Origin: Faecousia sp.
GTDB taxonomy: Bacteria > Bacillota > Clostridia > Oscillospirales > Oscillospiraceae
Length of the DNA: 64,000 nucleotides
Direction of reading: 5' to 3'
Assembly (NCBI GenBank): GCA_045540495.1
Contig: JAZQHH010000139.1
Location: 16,245-80,244, forward strand
Shown: positions 20,117 through 29,471 of the stretch, one piece after another
Layout of the letters: each line of letters begins with the position of its first letter
Position numbering within the stretch: the first letter of the stretch is position 1
Program-made: the position numbers and the translations under genes
Notes under the pieces: generated by a model
Databases searched by the model: none
What the model was told of the DNA's origin: nothing
The model's input: the letters and a program-made list of their open reading frames with translations, nothing else

Positions 20117-21121
20117 ATGCTGCGTTTTCAGGACTGTCCGCAGATTTTGCGGGATTTTTTGACTTATCATGAAACAATCAAGGGTCAATCAGAATTGACC
20201 ATATCCGAGTATCATTTGGATCTACGGATGTTCCTTCGGTTTATGAAGCTCATGCGCAATGATATGCCGATCAAGACGCGGCTTGAGGATATTCCAATCA
20301 AGGACATCGACATTCACTTCATTGCGGAAATCACAACCTCCGACGTGTTTGATTTCCTCTCTTATCTCAGCAGCGACCGAACCGCTGATCCTGATGCAGC
20401 GTATCCTGAGTACGGCATCAGCGCCTCGGCCAGAGCCCGGAAATTATCAGCCATCAAATCCTTTTTTAAGTATTTGACGGTTCGTACCAAGCAGCTCAGC
20501 GAAAATCCCGTTGCCGAGCTGGAGTATCCGAAAATCCGCAAAAGCTTGCCAAAATACCTGAATATGGAGCAATCCGCAGCACTTTTGAAGGCTGTGGATG
20601 GACAAAATGCAAAACGGGATTATGCAATTTTGATGCTGTTTTTGAACTGCGGTATCCGTCGCAGCGAGCTGGTTGGCCTGAATATGACGGACGTTTACGA
20701 GGACCGGATTCGTGTCATCGGTAAAGGCAACAAAGAGCGGTTTGTCTATTTTGGCTCCCCCTGCCGTAAAGCCATCGATGCCTACCTGGTCGAACGCAAC
20801 AAAAAAGTTCTGTCTGACAACCGGGCGTTGTTTGGCTCCCGCAACGGAAACCGCATTAGTGTCGAAGCGGTCCATCGATTGGTAAAAAAAGCATTACTCC
20901 AAGCCGGATTGGACGCAACCCAATTTTCAGCCCACAAACTACGCCACACCGCCGCCACCATGATGCTTTCCGGCGGCGTAGATGTTAAGACCGTTCAGGA
21001 AGTTTTAGGCCACGAAAACCTGAATACTACCCAAATTTACACCCATATTGAGAACACAGAGCTAAAAATCGCCGCAGAGGCTAATCCCCTGTCCAAGCTG
21101 GATTTTACCGAGGACGATTAA
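20117..21121 (+). CDS. Tyrosine recombinase, XerC/XerS-like
   Basis: Full catalytic set: NCGIRRSEL, IGKGNKER, HKLRHT, VLGH, TTQIY; RARKLSAIKSFF; about 334 aa; GGAGG RBS before ATG 20117. Confidence 0.9.
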   Translation: MLRFQDCPQILRDFLTYHETIKGQSELTISEYHLDLRMFLRFMKLMRNDMPIKTRLEDIPIKDIDIHFIAEITTSDVFDFLSYLSSDRTADPDAAYPEYGISASARARKLSAIKSFFKYLTVRTKQLSENPVAELEYPKIRKSLPKYLNMEQSAALLKAVDGQNAKRDYAILMLFLNCGIRRSELVGLNMTDVYEDRIRVIGKGNKERFVYFGSPCRKAIDAYLVERNKKVLSDNRALFGSRNGNRISVEAVHRLVKKALLQAGLDATQFSAHKLRHTAATMMLSGGVDVKTVQEVLGHENLNTTQIYTHIENTELKIAAEANPLSKLDFTEDD

Positions 21122-22485
21122 AGAGCGACCTCGATTGCTTCCCGGAGGTTTCTGACACGATAGACTGTCAGACCTTCAGGAATTTCCAACTTTTCTGCAC
21201 AGTTTTTAGGAATAATACACTTTTTGAACCCTAATCTGGAAACTTCTCCAAGCCGTTGGTTCATATGGGACACACTGCGGATCTCTCCTGTCAGGCCCAC
21301 CTCCCCTATCGCAACCAAATCGTCCGCAATGGGCTGATCCCGATAAGAGGATGCCACCGCCAGGGCCACCGGCAAATCGGCACCGGGCTCGTCCAGCCGG
21401 AGGCCGCCGATGACGTTGATATAGGCATCAAAAACGTTTAATTTCATCCCTGCGCGCTTTTCTGCCACGGCCATCAGCAACACCGCCCGGTTAAAATCGA
21501 AACCGTCAGCGGCTCTTCTGGGCACATTGAAGGTGGTTTTTGTGACCAGTGCCTGGACTTCTGCCAAAACAGGCCGGGTTCCCTCCATGACGCAGGCGAC
21601 GCAGGTGCCGGGGGCCCCTTCCGGCCGTCCGGCCAGCAGCATTTGGGAAGGGTTCGGGACCTCTACCAGTCCCCTGTCCATCATTTCAAAAACGCCAATC
21701 TCATTGGTGGAACCAAAACGGTTTTTGGCCGCCCGGAGAAGACGGTAGCTGGAATTTTGATCACCCTCGAAATACAGCACGCAGTCCACCATATGCTCCA
21801 GCACTTTAGGGCCTGCAATATTGCCGTCCTTATTGATGTGACCCACCACAAAAACCGTGATTCCCTGAGATTTCGACAGGTGCATCATGGACATGGTGCA
21901 GTCCTTCACCTGAGAAACGCTGCCGGGGGAAGAATCATTTTCCTCATTATAGAGCGTCTGGATGGAGTCCACGATCAAAATATCCGGCTTGATCTCCGCC
22001 ACGGCCTCCAGAATATCCGAAAGACGGGTTTCGGACAAAATATACAGTGCCTCCGGGGATACGCCCAGCCGTACCGCCCGGAGCTTCAGCTGCCGTTCAC
22101 TTTCTTCGCCGGAGACATACAGCACCGTCCGGCCCTGACAAAGGCTATTGCAAATCTGCAGCAGCAGAGTGGATTTGCCAATACCCGGGGCACCGCCCAC
22201 CAGCACCAGCGACCCTGCCACCGCACCGCCACCCAGTACCCGGTCCAGCTCCCCCATGCCGGTATAGAAGCGAATTTCGCTGTCGGTATCCACCTCTGTC
22301 AGTCGCTGAGGCTTTCGGCTGATGCCCACCGGGGCGGCCTTTGCCTTGGTCACGGCGTTGGGCTTTTCGATATGCTCCTCCAGCGTATTCCAGGCACCAC
22401 AGCCCGGGCAGCGGCCCACCCATTTGGGGGACTCGTTACCGCAGGAGGTGCAGTAGAAAATCGTTTTCGCCTTGGCCATGTTCAT
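21118..22485 (-). CDS. radA: DNA repair protein RadA/Sms
   Basis: CxxC...CxxC zinc finger, GAPGIGKST, KNRFG motif, Lon-like C-terminus. Confidence 0.97.
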   Translation of the reverse strand: MNMAKAKTIFYCTSCGNESPKWVGRCPGCGAWNTLEEHIEKPNAVTKAKAAPVGISRKPQRLTEVDTDSEIRFYTGMGELDRVLGGGAVAGSLVLVGGAPGIGKSTLLLQICNSLCQGRTVLYVSGEESERQLKLRAVRLGVSPEALYILSETRLSDILEAVAEIKPDILIVDSIQTLYNEENDSSPGSVSQVKDCTMSMMHLSKSQGITVFVVGHINKDGNIAGPKVLEHMVDCVLYFEGDQNSSYRLLRAAKNRFGSTNEIGVFEMMDRGLVEVPNPSQMLLAGRPEGAPGTCVACVMEGTRPVLAEVQALVTKTTFNVPRRAADGFDFNRAVLLMAVAEKRAGMKLNVFDAYINVIGGLRLDEPGADLPVALAVASSYRDQPIADDLVAIGEVGLTGEIRSVSHMNQRLGEVSRLGFKKCIIPKNCAEKLEIPEGLTVYRVRNLREAIEVAL

Positions 22486-22550
22486 ACCCGCTTTCCTGTG
22501 TTTTCTACATTATAGCAACGGGATTGAAGATGGTCAAGTTGGATTTGTCA

Positions 22551-23147
22551 TCACAGATCAATCGCCGGGTTCATAAAATACACGTTCTTCTGATCCAGCT
22601 TCTCCCGCAGCAGCTGCATCGCCTCGCCGAAGCGCTGGAAGTGGACAATTTCCCGTTCCCGGAGGAATTTGATCACATCGTTCACATCCGGATCATCGGA
22701 CAGGCGTAGGATGTTGTCGTAGGTTACACGGGCTTTTTGTTCCGCCCCCAAATCCTCTGCCAGATCCGCAATGGGGTCCCCCTTGACCTGCATACTGGCG
22801 GCGCTCCAGGGAAATCCGGAAGCAGCGGTGGGATAAACGCCTGCGGTGTGATCCACAAAATAAGGTGCAAAGGCAGGATCCCGGTATTGTTCATCCTTCA
22901 TATTCCGGGTCAGCTGGTGAACGATGGCTCCAATCATTTCAAGGTGCCCCAGTTCCTCGGTGCCAATATCCGTCAATAATCCCTTCAATTCGTCAAAGGG
23001 CATAGAATATCGCTGGGAAAGGTAGCGCAGAGATGCCCCCAACTCCCCGTCAGGACCGCCGTACTGAGAGATGATGATGGAAGCCAGCCTGGGGTTGGGC
23101 CGGGCGATTTTCACCGGATATTGCAGCTTTTTTTGATAAACAAACAT
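22551..23147 (-). CDS. cotJC: Spore coat Mn-catalase-family protein CotJC
   Basis: QYGGPDGELGASLRYLSQ, TEELGHLE, REIVHFQRFGE. Confidence 0.93.
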   Translation of the reverse strand: MFVYQKKLQYPVKIARPNPRLASIIISQYGGPDGELGASLRYLSQRYSMPFDELKGLLTDIGTEELGHLEMIGAIVHQLTRNMKDEQYRDPAFAPYFVDHTAGVYPTAASGFPWSAASMQVKGDPIADLAEDLGAEQKARVTYDNILRLSDDPDVNDVIKFLREREIVHFQRFGEAMQLLREKLDQKNVYFMNPAIDL

Positions 23148-23149
23148 AC

Positions 23150-23605
23150 TCAGGCCTCCTTATTGGCGCAAAATTCCCAGGGCCAGGGGTCATCCAGCCA
23201 GTTGTAATTCCCCTCGGCGGGCATCTGGTGGCTCATGGGGCCGCATTTTTCCTGGTATTCCATCATGCATTTGTGATACATCCGCTGATATTCCCGGTAC
23301 ATCTCCAGGGCCTGCCGGTCATCCCGGTGGGTGTCCAGATACAGCGCCAGCTCCTGAATGGCAAAGGCCAGGGTCTGCAATTCGGTTTTTGGAGTCACAT
23401 TCCGCTCCTTGGTGTTGACCATGCCCTTGAAGGGTAAATCCAGGCCGGGATACATGGTGCCCCGAACAAGCCCCTTCCGGGCCTCGTACATGGGCGGCTC
23501 CTCCAATTGAAAGGGCACATAGGCATTGGCCAGAGGCGCCATGGCCGGCATCCGCCCCAATTTTCCTTGGTTGTGCTTCTTTTGGTCCAAAATGAATTCC
23601 TCCAT
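23150..23605 (-). CDS. cotJB: Spore coat protein, CotJA-CotJB fusion
   Basis: N-half LANAYVPFQ...RGTMYPGLDLPF (CotJA-like); C-half ELALYLDTH...GP...W...PWPWE (CotJB). Confidence 0.85.
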   Translation of the reverse strand: MEEFILDQKKHNQGKLGRMPAMAPLANAYVPFQLEEPPMYEARKGLVRGTMYPGLDLPFKGMVNTKERNVTPKTELQTLAFAIQELALYLDTHRDDRQALEMYREYQRMYHKCMMEYQEKCGPMSHQMPAEGNYNWLDDPWPWEFCANKEA

Positions 23606-23701
23606 TTCTGGAACTGTCGTTCCGGCTCATACTATGCCGTTTTCCGGCGAAAGGTTCATCTCTCCCCTGCCCGCGCATATGCTTTCATGGGGGTGTTGTC
23701 C

Positions 23702-24409
23702 ATGAAGCTGCGGCCTTTGGTATCCGTGTATTTGATTGTATTGCTGGTGTTTTTGCTGATCGTTCAACTGGGAAGCCAAGTCGTGACGGTGATGATTGAA
23801 AAATCCCCCATCGAGAACAGGCATTGCATCATCCTTGATGCGGGCCACGGTGGAATCGACGGCGGAGCCACCTCCTGTTCCGGTGTTCTGGAAAGCCATA
23901 TCAATCTGCAAATCAGCCAGCGGCTGAATGATTTGCTGAAATTTCTGGGCCATGGCACAAAAATGATTCGCACCACGGATACTTCGGTCTACACCGAAGG
24001 AAATTCGATTGCGGCCCAAAAGGTTTCCGATTTGAAGAATCGGGTAAAAACGGTGAACGAAACGGAAAACGCCCTGCTGGTCAGCATCCATCAGAATACT
24101 TTTTCCGACGGGCGCTACAGCGGGGCTCAGGTTTTTTATGCAAAAGATGACGCAAGCAAAATCTTGGCAGCAAAAATGCAGTCGGCCTTCATTGAGACGC
24201 TGAATCCCGGAAGTAACCGGAAATGCAAGCCATCCGAAGGTATCTATTTGCTGCAAAATATCGAAGCTCCCGGAATTCTGATTGAATGCGGATTCCTGAC
24301 CAATGCGGAAGAGGACGCGAAGCTTAACGATGCGGATTATCAAAAGAAAGTGGCCTGTGTCATCGCGTCGATCTTATCCCAATACCTAAAAAACGCCCCT
24401 CTCGATTGA
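23702..24409 (+). CDS. cwlD: N-acetylmuramoyl-L-alanine amidase (CwlD-like)
   Basis: TM anchor, ILDAGHGGIDGGA, E, SIHQN, GAQVFY, IECGFL; sigE-like promoter TCATCT-14-CATATGCT at 23656-23683. Confidence 0.8.
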   Translation: MKLRPLVSVYLIVLLVFLLIVQLGSQVVTVMIEKSPIENRHCIILDAGHGGIDGGATSCSGVLESHINLQISQRLNDLLKFLGHGTKMIRTTDTSVYTEGNSIAAQKVSDLKNRVKTVNETENALLVSIHQNTFSDGRYSGAQVFYAKDDASKILAAKMQSAFIETLNPGSNRKCKPSEGIYLLQNIEAPGILIECGFLTNAEEDAKLNDADYQKKVACVIASILSQYLKNAPLD

Positions 24410-24416
24410 GAGGGGC
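24388..24416 (-). terminator. Terminator of asnA (overlaps cwlD end)
   Basis: GCCCCTCTC-GATT-GAGAGGGGC flanked by A runs. Confidence 0.6.
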
Positions 24417-24428
24417 AAAAAAGTATGA

Positions 24429-25436
24429 TTACAGCAGCCGGATACCGGCCTTTTCGCACTGCTCCATGGTCTGATGATCCCAGACGCTGGACTGAACTTC
24501 GCCAATGTGGGCGCAACCCATCATCAGCATACTCAGCCGGGACTGACCGATACCGCCACCGATGGTCAGGGGCAGCTCGTTGTTCAGCAGCATCTTGTGG
24601 AAGGGCAGTTCCCGCCGGTCATTGCAACCGGAGAGGGTCAGCTGGCGATCCAGAGCCTCCGCATCTACCCGGATACCCATGGAGGAAATCTCCAGAGAGC
24701 GGCCCAGAACCTCATCCCAGAAGAAAATATCGCAGTTCAGATTCCAGTCATCATAGTCCGGCGCCCGGCCGTCGTGGGGCTTGCCGGAGCGGAGCTTACC
24801 GCCAATCTGCATGATGCAGGCAGTGGGATTCTCCTTGACGAAGGCATCCTCACGCTGATGGCCGTTCAGCTCGGGGTACATATATTCCAGCTCCTGGGTG
24901 GTGACAAAGGCCACTTCCCTGCTCAGATTGGTGCGAAGCTGGGGGTAGCGAACATGGAGCCGGTCGTTGGTGTTGCAAATGGCACCCACAATGGCCCGGA
25001 CAATGAGCTTCAGGTACTCCAGATTCCGGTTTTCCCGGGTAATAACCTTTTCCCAGTCCCACTGGTCAACGTAAATGGAGTGAACATTGTCCAGGTCCTC
25101 GTCCCGGCGGATGGCGTTCATATCGGTGTAAAGGCCGTTGCCGATACCGAAGCCGTAACGCTTCAGAGCCAGCCGCTTCCATTTCGCCAGGGAGTGAACC
25201 ACCTGGGCATCATTGCCCACCGCGGGGATGTCGAAGGAAACGGCTCGCTCATAGCCGTTCAGATTATCATTCAAACCGGAGTCAGCGGTAACAAACAGAG
25301 GCGCGGAGACCCGCTTCAGATTCAGCGCAGAGGAAAATTCCTGCTGAAAAGTCTCTTTGATGTAGGCAATAGCCCGCTGGGTATCGTATTCGTCCAGCAC
25401 CGGCTTGTAGCCCTCCGGGATGTAAACTTGGTTCAT
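24429..25436 (-). CDS. asnA: Aspartate-ammonia ligase (asparagine synthetase A)
   Basis: VVHSLAKWKR, HSIYVDQWDWE, RAPDYDDW, TIGGGIGQSR. Confidence 0.96.
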   Translation of the reverse strand: MNQVYIPEGYKPVLDEYDTQRAIAYIKETFQQEFSSALNLKRVSAPLFVTADSGLNDNLNGYERAVSFDIPAVGNDAQVVHSLAKWKRLALKRYGFGIGNGLYTDMNAIRRDEDLDNVHSIYVDQWDWEKVITRENRNLEYLKLIVRAIVGAICNTNDRLHVRYPQLRTNLSREVAFVTTQELEYMYPELNGHQREDAFVKENPTACIMQIGGKLRSGKPHDGRAPDYDDWNLNCDIFFWDEVLGRSLEISSMGIRVDAEALDRQLTLSGCNDRRELPFHKMLLNNELPLTIGGGIGQSRLSMLMMGCAHIGEVQSSVWDHQTMEQCEKAGIRLL

Positions 25437-25556
25437 GAAAAATCGCCGTCCTTTCGCTGTGCGTAACGCATGCCATATATTGTACCGCATTTCTATAAGA
25501 AAATCAAGGAAAAAGAAACGGCGTGACCCAACCGGGCCACGCCGTCGCAAACGAAA

Positions 25557-26981
25557 TCAGACAACCAGGAAGAACTTCACCAGGAACAGAGCGGAAATGA
25601 TGTAGGTCAGGACGGAAACCTCCTTGGCCTTGCCGCTGAACACCTTGATGAAGGTGTAGGAGATCAGGCCCAGGCCAATACCGTGGCCGATGGAGCCGGA
25701 AACGGGCATGGCCAGCAGCATCAGGCAGACAGGAACCATCTGATCCATATCGCCGAAATCCACGTTCTTCAGGCCCTGCAGCATCAGCACGCCCACATAA
25801 ATCAGAGCGGCAGAGGTGGCAGCGGCAGGAATGATGGCAGCGATGGGGGCAATGAAGATACAGGCCAGGAACAGAATACCGGTGGTGAACGCAGTCAGAC
25901 CGGTGCGGCCGCCAGCCTCAACACCGGCAGCGGACTCCACGAAGGTGGTAACGGTGGAGGTACCGGTGCAGGCACCGGCGATGGTGCCGACAGCGTCAGC
26001 CAGCAGGGCCTCCTTCATCTGGGGCATATCGCCGTTCTTATCCACCATACCGGCCCGGGAGGCGGTGCCAACCAGCGTGCCGATGGTGTCGAACATATCA
26101 ATGATGCAGAAGGTAATGGTCAGGGTGATGACGGTAAACCAGCCAATCTCCATGAAGCCCTTGAAATTGAACTTGAACAGGGTGGTCTCCACCATGTCAG
26201 CAAAGGGAGGCAGGAAAGAAGCGGTGGCCAGACTAGCAAAGGGATTGGTGTCCAGGAAAATGAACTGACCGGCCCAGTAAATGACGGAAGCAATCAGCAT
26301 ACCCAGCAGAACAGAGCCCTTCACGCCCTTCTTGGACAGAACAATGATGGCAAACAGGCCGATGAACATGGTGGCAACGGTCAGAATCATGACACTGTAG
26401 CCGCTGCCCATGGCAGTCTGCGTCACACTGGGAGTCAGTGCGCCGAAGAAATCACGCATCACATAGAAGGGGCCGCCGTTTTCGGAATAAATACCGGCGT
26501 TGGAGCCCAGGCCGATGTTCATCAGCATCATACCAATGGCAGGAGAAATGCCCAGCCGGATGCCCAGAGGAATGGATTCGACGATCTTCTCACGGATATT
26601 GAACAGGGACAGAATCACAAATACGATACCCTCAACCAGGATGATAATCAGCGCCGCCTGGAAAGAAGCCTGATAGGTCATACCGGTCATGGCAACGATA
26701 TTGCCAACAACCACAGCAAAAAAGCTGTTCAGACCCATGCCGGGGGCCAGTGCGAAGGGCTTGTTCGCCAGAAACGCCATGCAGAACATACCGACAGCGG
26801 AGGCGATACAGGTGGCCATGAACACGCCTTTCCACAGCGATGTAGTTCTATCGTTCCCAGCAAGAATTGTGGGATTCAGGGCGATGATGTAGGCCATGGT
26901 CATGAAGGTGATAAAACCAGCCATGATCTCGGTCTTCGCGTTCGTCTGGTTTTTGGACAGTTTGAAAACTTTCTCGAACAT
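25557..26981 (-). CDS. NCS2/AzgA-family purine permease
   Basis: TFMTMAYII, ALAPGMGLN, DMFDTIGTL, ESAAGVEAGGRTGLT. Confidence 0.9.
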   Translation of the reverse strand: MFEKVFKLSKNQTNAKTEIMAGFITFMTMAYIIALNPTILAGNDRTTSLWKGVFMATCIASAVGMFCMAFLANKPFALAPGMGLNSFFAVVVGNIVAMTGMTYQASFQAALIIILVEGIVFVILSLFNIREKIVESIPLGIRLGISPAIGMMLMNIGLGSNAGIYSENGGPFYVMRDFFGALTPSVTQTAMGSGYSVMILTVATMFIGLFAIIVLSKKGVKGSVLLGMLIASVIYWAGQFIFLDTNPFASLATASFLPPFADMVETTLFKFNFKGFMEIGWFTVITLTITFCIIDMFDTIGTLVGTASRAGMVDKNGDMPQMKEALLADAVGTIAGACTGTSTVTTFVESAAGVEAGGRTGLTAFTTGILFLACIFIAPIAAIIPAAATSAALIYVGVLMLQGLKNVDFGDMDQMVPVCLMLLAMPVSGSIGHGIGLGLISYTFIKVFSGKAKEVSVLTYIISALFLVKFFLVV

Positions 26982-27080
26982 GTGATATTTCCTTTCTTTC
27001 TATAGTATGGTACCCTTCTATTGTAACATTTTATTCACAAAATGCAACAGTTTTTATAAAAATTCCTGGTCAATAAAAAA

Positions 27081-27170
27081 TGTCATTGCAATTCAGTGCA
27101 CACACTGGCGTGGGAATCCCCTGAATGGAGGAGATTGCCACACCAGCGTGCGCGCTGGTTCGCAATGACA
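27081..27170. repeat. TGTC-tagged REP-like palindromic element (two-unit)
   Basis: TGTCATTGCAA...GTGGGAATCCC...GAGATTGCCACACCAG...CTGGTTCGCAATGACA; related copies at 45096 and 50132. Confidence 0.75.
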
Positions 27171-27186
27171 ACTAATCGAATCCAAA

Positions 27187-28038
27187 TTATACCGTTCTGG
27201 CGGTGAGACTTTTGGCAAGTTTGGTCATGTAGCCGGTGTCGGCAAAGGCTGACAGGGCATCGATGGCGATTTCCGTGTACTTCTGCACCAGCTCTTCGCA
27301 TTTTTCCAGACCATAGAGCCGCACGAAGGTATTCTTGCTCCCATCCACACCAACGGCCTTGCCCAGCTCCTGGGCGTTTCCGATGACATCCAGCATATCG
27401 TCCCGAATCTGGAAGGCCAGGCCCAACGCACCGGCGAAGGTGCCTGCGGCGGCGATTTGCGCTTCGGATGCGCCACCGGCCATAGCGCCGGTAACACAGG
27501 CGGCGTTGATCAGAGCGCCGGTTTTCCGGGTTTGGATGTCAATGACCTCCTGCTCCGTCAGCACCCGTTCCTCGCTCATAATATCAAGGACCTGACCGCC
27601 AACCATGCCCAAAGAACCGGCGCACTCCGCCAAAACAGCGATGGCATCGGTAATTCCGGCGGTGGAGGCCACAGCGAATGCGTCAGTCAGCAGCGCATCC
27701 CCCGCCAAAATGGCCATGGCTTCGCCGTAGACCTTGTGATTGGTCAAACGGCCCCGGCGGTAATCATCATTGTCCATGCTGGGCAAATCGTCGTGAATCA
27801 GGCTGTAGGTATGGATCATCTCAATGGCGGCAGCAAAGGGGGCGGCTTTCTTCCAGTCCGCGCCGCACATTCGGCAAAATTCAAAGGCGAACACCGGCCG
27901 CAGTCGCTTTCCCCCTGCCAGAAGGCTGTATTCCATGCTTTCAAAGAGCTTGCTCTGGGGTTCGTGATGGAACCGGGCGTACCAGTCCTTCAAATAAGTT
28001 TCGATATATTCACGATATTGGTTGGTTCGTTCATTCAT
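27187..28038 (-). CDS. ispA: Geranyltranstransferase / FPP synthase
   Basis: GGKRLRP, SLIHDDLPSMDNDDYRRG, GQ.LD, KTG, FQIRDD.LD. Confidence 0.95.
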   Translation of the reverse strand: MNERTNQYREYIETYLKDWYARFHHEPQSKLFESMEYSLLAGGKRLRPVFAFEFCRMCGADWKKAAPFAAAIEMIHTYSLIHDDLPSMDNDDYRRGRLTNHKVYGEAMAILAGDALLTDAFAVASTAGITDAIAVLAECAGSLGMVGGQVLDIMSEERVLTEQEVIDIQTRKTGALINAACVTGAMAGGASEAQIAAAGTFAGALGLAFQIRDDMLDVIGNAQELGKAVGVDGSKNTFVRLYGLEKCEELVQKYTEIAIDALSAFADTGYMTKLAKSLTARTV

Positions 28039-28261
28039 TGGGCATATCCTCCAGCATCGGGCTGCCATCGGCGGCGGTCATGACCTTTTTGACCTGCAGC
28101 TCCGCCTCGTCCAGGAGCTTGCCGCAATTGCGCACCAGCTCGGTGCCCTCCTGAAACAGCTTCAGGGACTCCTCCAGGGGCACATCTCCCCGCTCCATGG
28201 CCCGAACAATCTGCTCCAGCCGCTGCATATTGGCTTCAAAGGTGGCGTTTTCCTGATTCAT
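28031..28261 (-). CDS. xseB: Exodeoxyribonuclease VII small subunit
   Basis: TFE....LE.IV..ME.G..PLEESL..F.EG. Confidence 0.95.
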   Translation of the reverse strand: MNQENATFEANMQRLEQIVRAMERGDVPLEESLKLFQEGTELVRNCGKLLDEAELQVKKVMTAADGSPMLEDMPNE

Positions 28262-29469
28262 GTGGCATTCTCCTTTACTTCGGTAACGGAAGCGGCAAGC
28301 TGTCCGTCGCTGAGAGAAATTTTCATTTGGTCACCGGGTTTGATTTGATGAACGGAGCGGATCACCGTACCATCCTCTTTCTGGGTCATGGCATAGCCCC
28401 GGGTCAGAACCTTCAGGGGGCTCATGGCATCCAGCTTGGCAGTCAGGCCGATAAAGCCCTGCTTTTTCCGGTCAATAATGCGGTTTTCGGCAGAAATCAG
28501 TCGATTTTCCAGATGAGAAAGTCCCGTTTTTTTCTGTTCCAGATACCCGGTGGGGCTCCGCAGCGCCGGGCTGGCAGCCAAAACATTCAAATGGCGGCGG
28601 GCAGATTTCAGTTGCCGATCCAGGCTCGCCGCCATGGAAGCAGACATGGCATCCAGGGTCTGCCGCAGAGCATCCTGATCCGGCACCGCCAATTCCGCCG
28701 CATTGGAAGGGGTCGCCGCCCGCAGATCCGCCACATAGTCGGAAATGGTCACATCCGGCTCATGACCCACGGCGGAGATAACGGGAATTTGAGATTCAAA
28801 GATGGCGTGAGCCACCACTTCGTCGTTAAACGCCCACAGATCTTCGATGGAGCCACCGCCCCGGCCTACAATCAGCAGGTCGGCCAGTTTGTAGTAGTTG
28901 GCATAGCGGATAGCGGCAGCAATCTCCCCGGGTGCCTCCGCACCCTGTACCCGGGAGGGCAGCAGAACGACTTTGGACAGCGGATATCGTTTCCGCAGAA
29001 TCCGAAGCATATCATGCAGCGCCGCACCGGCTGCGCTGGTGACGATGCCGATGGTGCCGGGAAACTTCGGAATGGGCTTCTTGTGGGCCGGGTCGAATAG
29101 TCCCTGAGCTGCCAGCTTAGCCTTGAGCTGCTCGAAGGCGGCGTGCAAATCGCCGATACCATCCATAGCCATGGCGGTGCAGTAAAGCTGGTAAGCACCG
29201 TCCCGGGGAAAGACGGAAATTTTGCCCATGGCAATGACCTTCATGCCGTTCTCCGGCCGAAACCGGAGCCGCAGGGCATTTCCTTTGAACATGACACACC
29301 GCAAAGCGGCGGATTCATCCTTCAGGGTAAAATAATGGTGACCGGAGGGATACAGCTTATAATTGCTGATTTCACCCCGAATCGCAAGACCGGTCAGCAA
29401 GGGGTCCGCATCCATTTTTGTTCGGATATATTCGTTGATTTGGTTGACGGACAGAACATTTTGCTCCAT
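28258..29469 (-). CDS. xseA: Exodeoxyribonuclease VII large subunit
   Basis: GEISN, SGH.YFTLKD, RGGGSIEDLWAFN, SAVGHE.D, TPSNAAE. Confidence 0.96.
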   Translation of the reverse strand: MEQNVLSVNQINEYIRTKMDADPLLTGLAIRGEISNYKLYPSGHHYFTLKDESAALRCVMFKGNALRLRFRPENGMKVIAMGKISVFPRDGAYQLYCTAMAMDGIGDLHAAFEQLKAKLAAQGLFDPAHKKPIPKFPGTIGIVTSAAGAALHDMLRILRKRYPLSKVVLLPSRVQGAEAPGEIAAAIRYANYYKLADLLIVGRGGGSIEDLWAFNDEVVAHAIFESQIPVISAVGHEPDVTISDYVADLRAATPSNAAELAVPDQDALRQTLDAMSASMAASLDRQLKSARRHLNVLAASPALRSPTGYLEQKKTGLSHLENRLISAENRIIDRKKQGFIGLTAKLDAMSPLKVLTRGYAMTQKEDGTVIRSVHQIKPGDQMKISLSDGQLAASVTEVKENAT

Positions 29470-29471
29470 TT

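Noticed and set aside
17857-21121. Two integrase-like genes as a prophage or genomic island
   Set aside because: Flanked only by core genes (pfkA, radA); no att-like direct repeats, tRNA, phage or conjugation genes seen.
25437-25556. T-box leader upstream of asnA
   Set aside because: The promoter (TTGATT-17-TACAAT) is close to the start, and no GGTGGNACCGCG T-box sequence is present.
26982-27080. Purine riboswitch upstream of the NCS2 permease
   Set aside because: A TTGCAT-17-TACAAT promoter lies about 40 nt from the start codon, leaving no room, and no aptamer motifs are visible.
27081-27170. Palindromic repeats as a CRISPR array or tRNA
   Set aside because: The copies are dispersed, with no regular repeat-spacer structure, no cas genes and no cloverleaf/TTC motifs.
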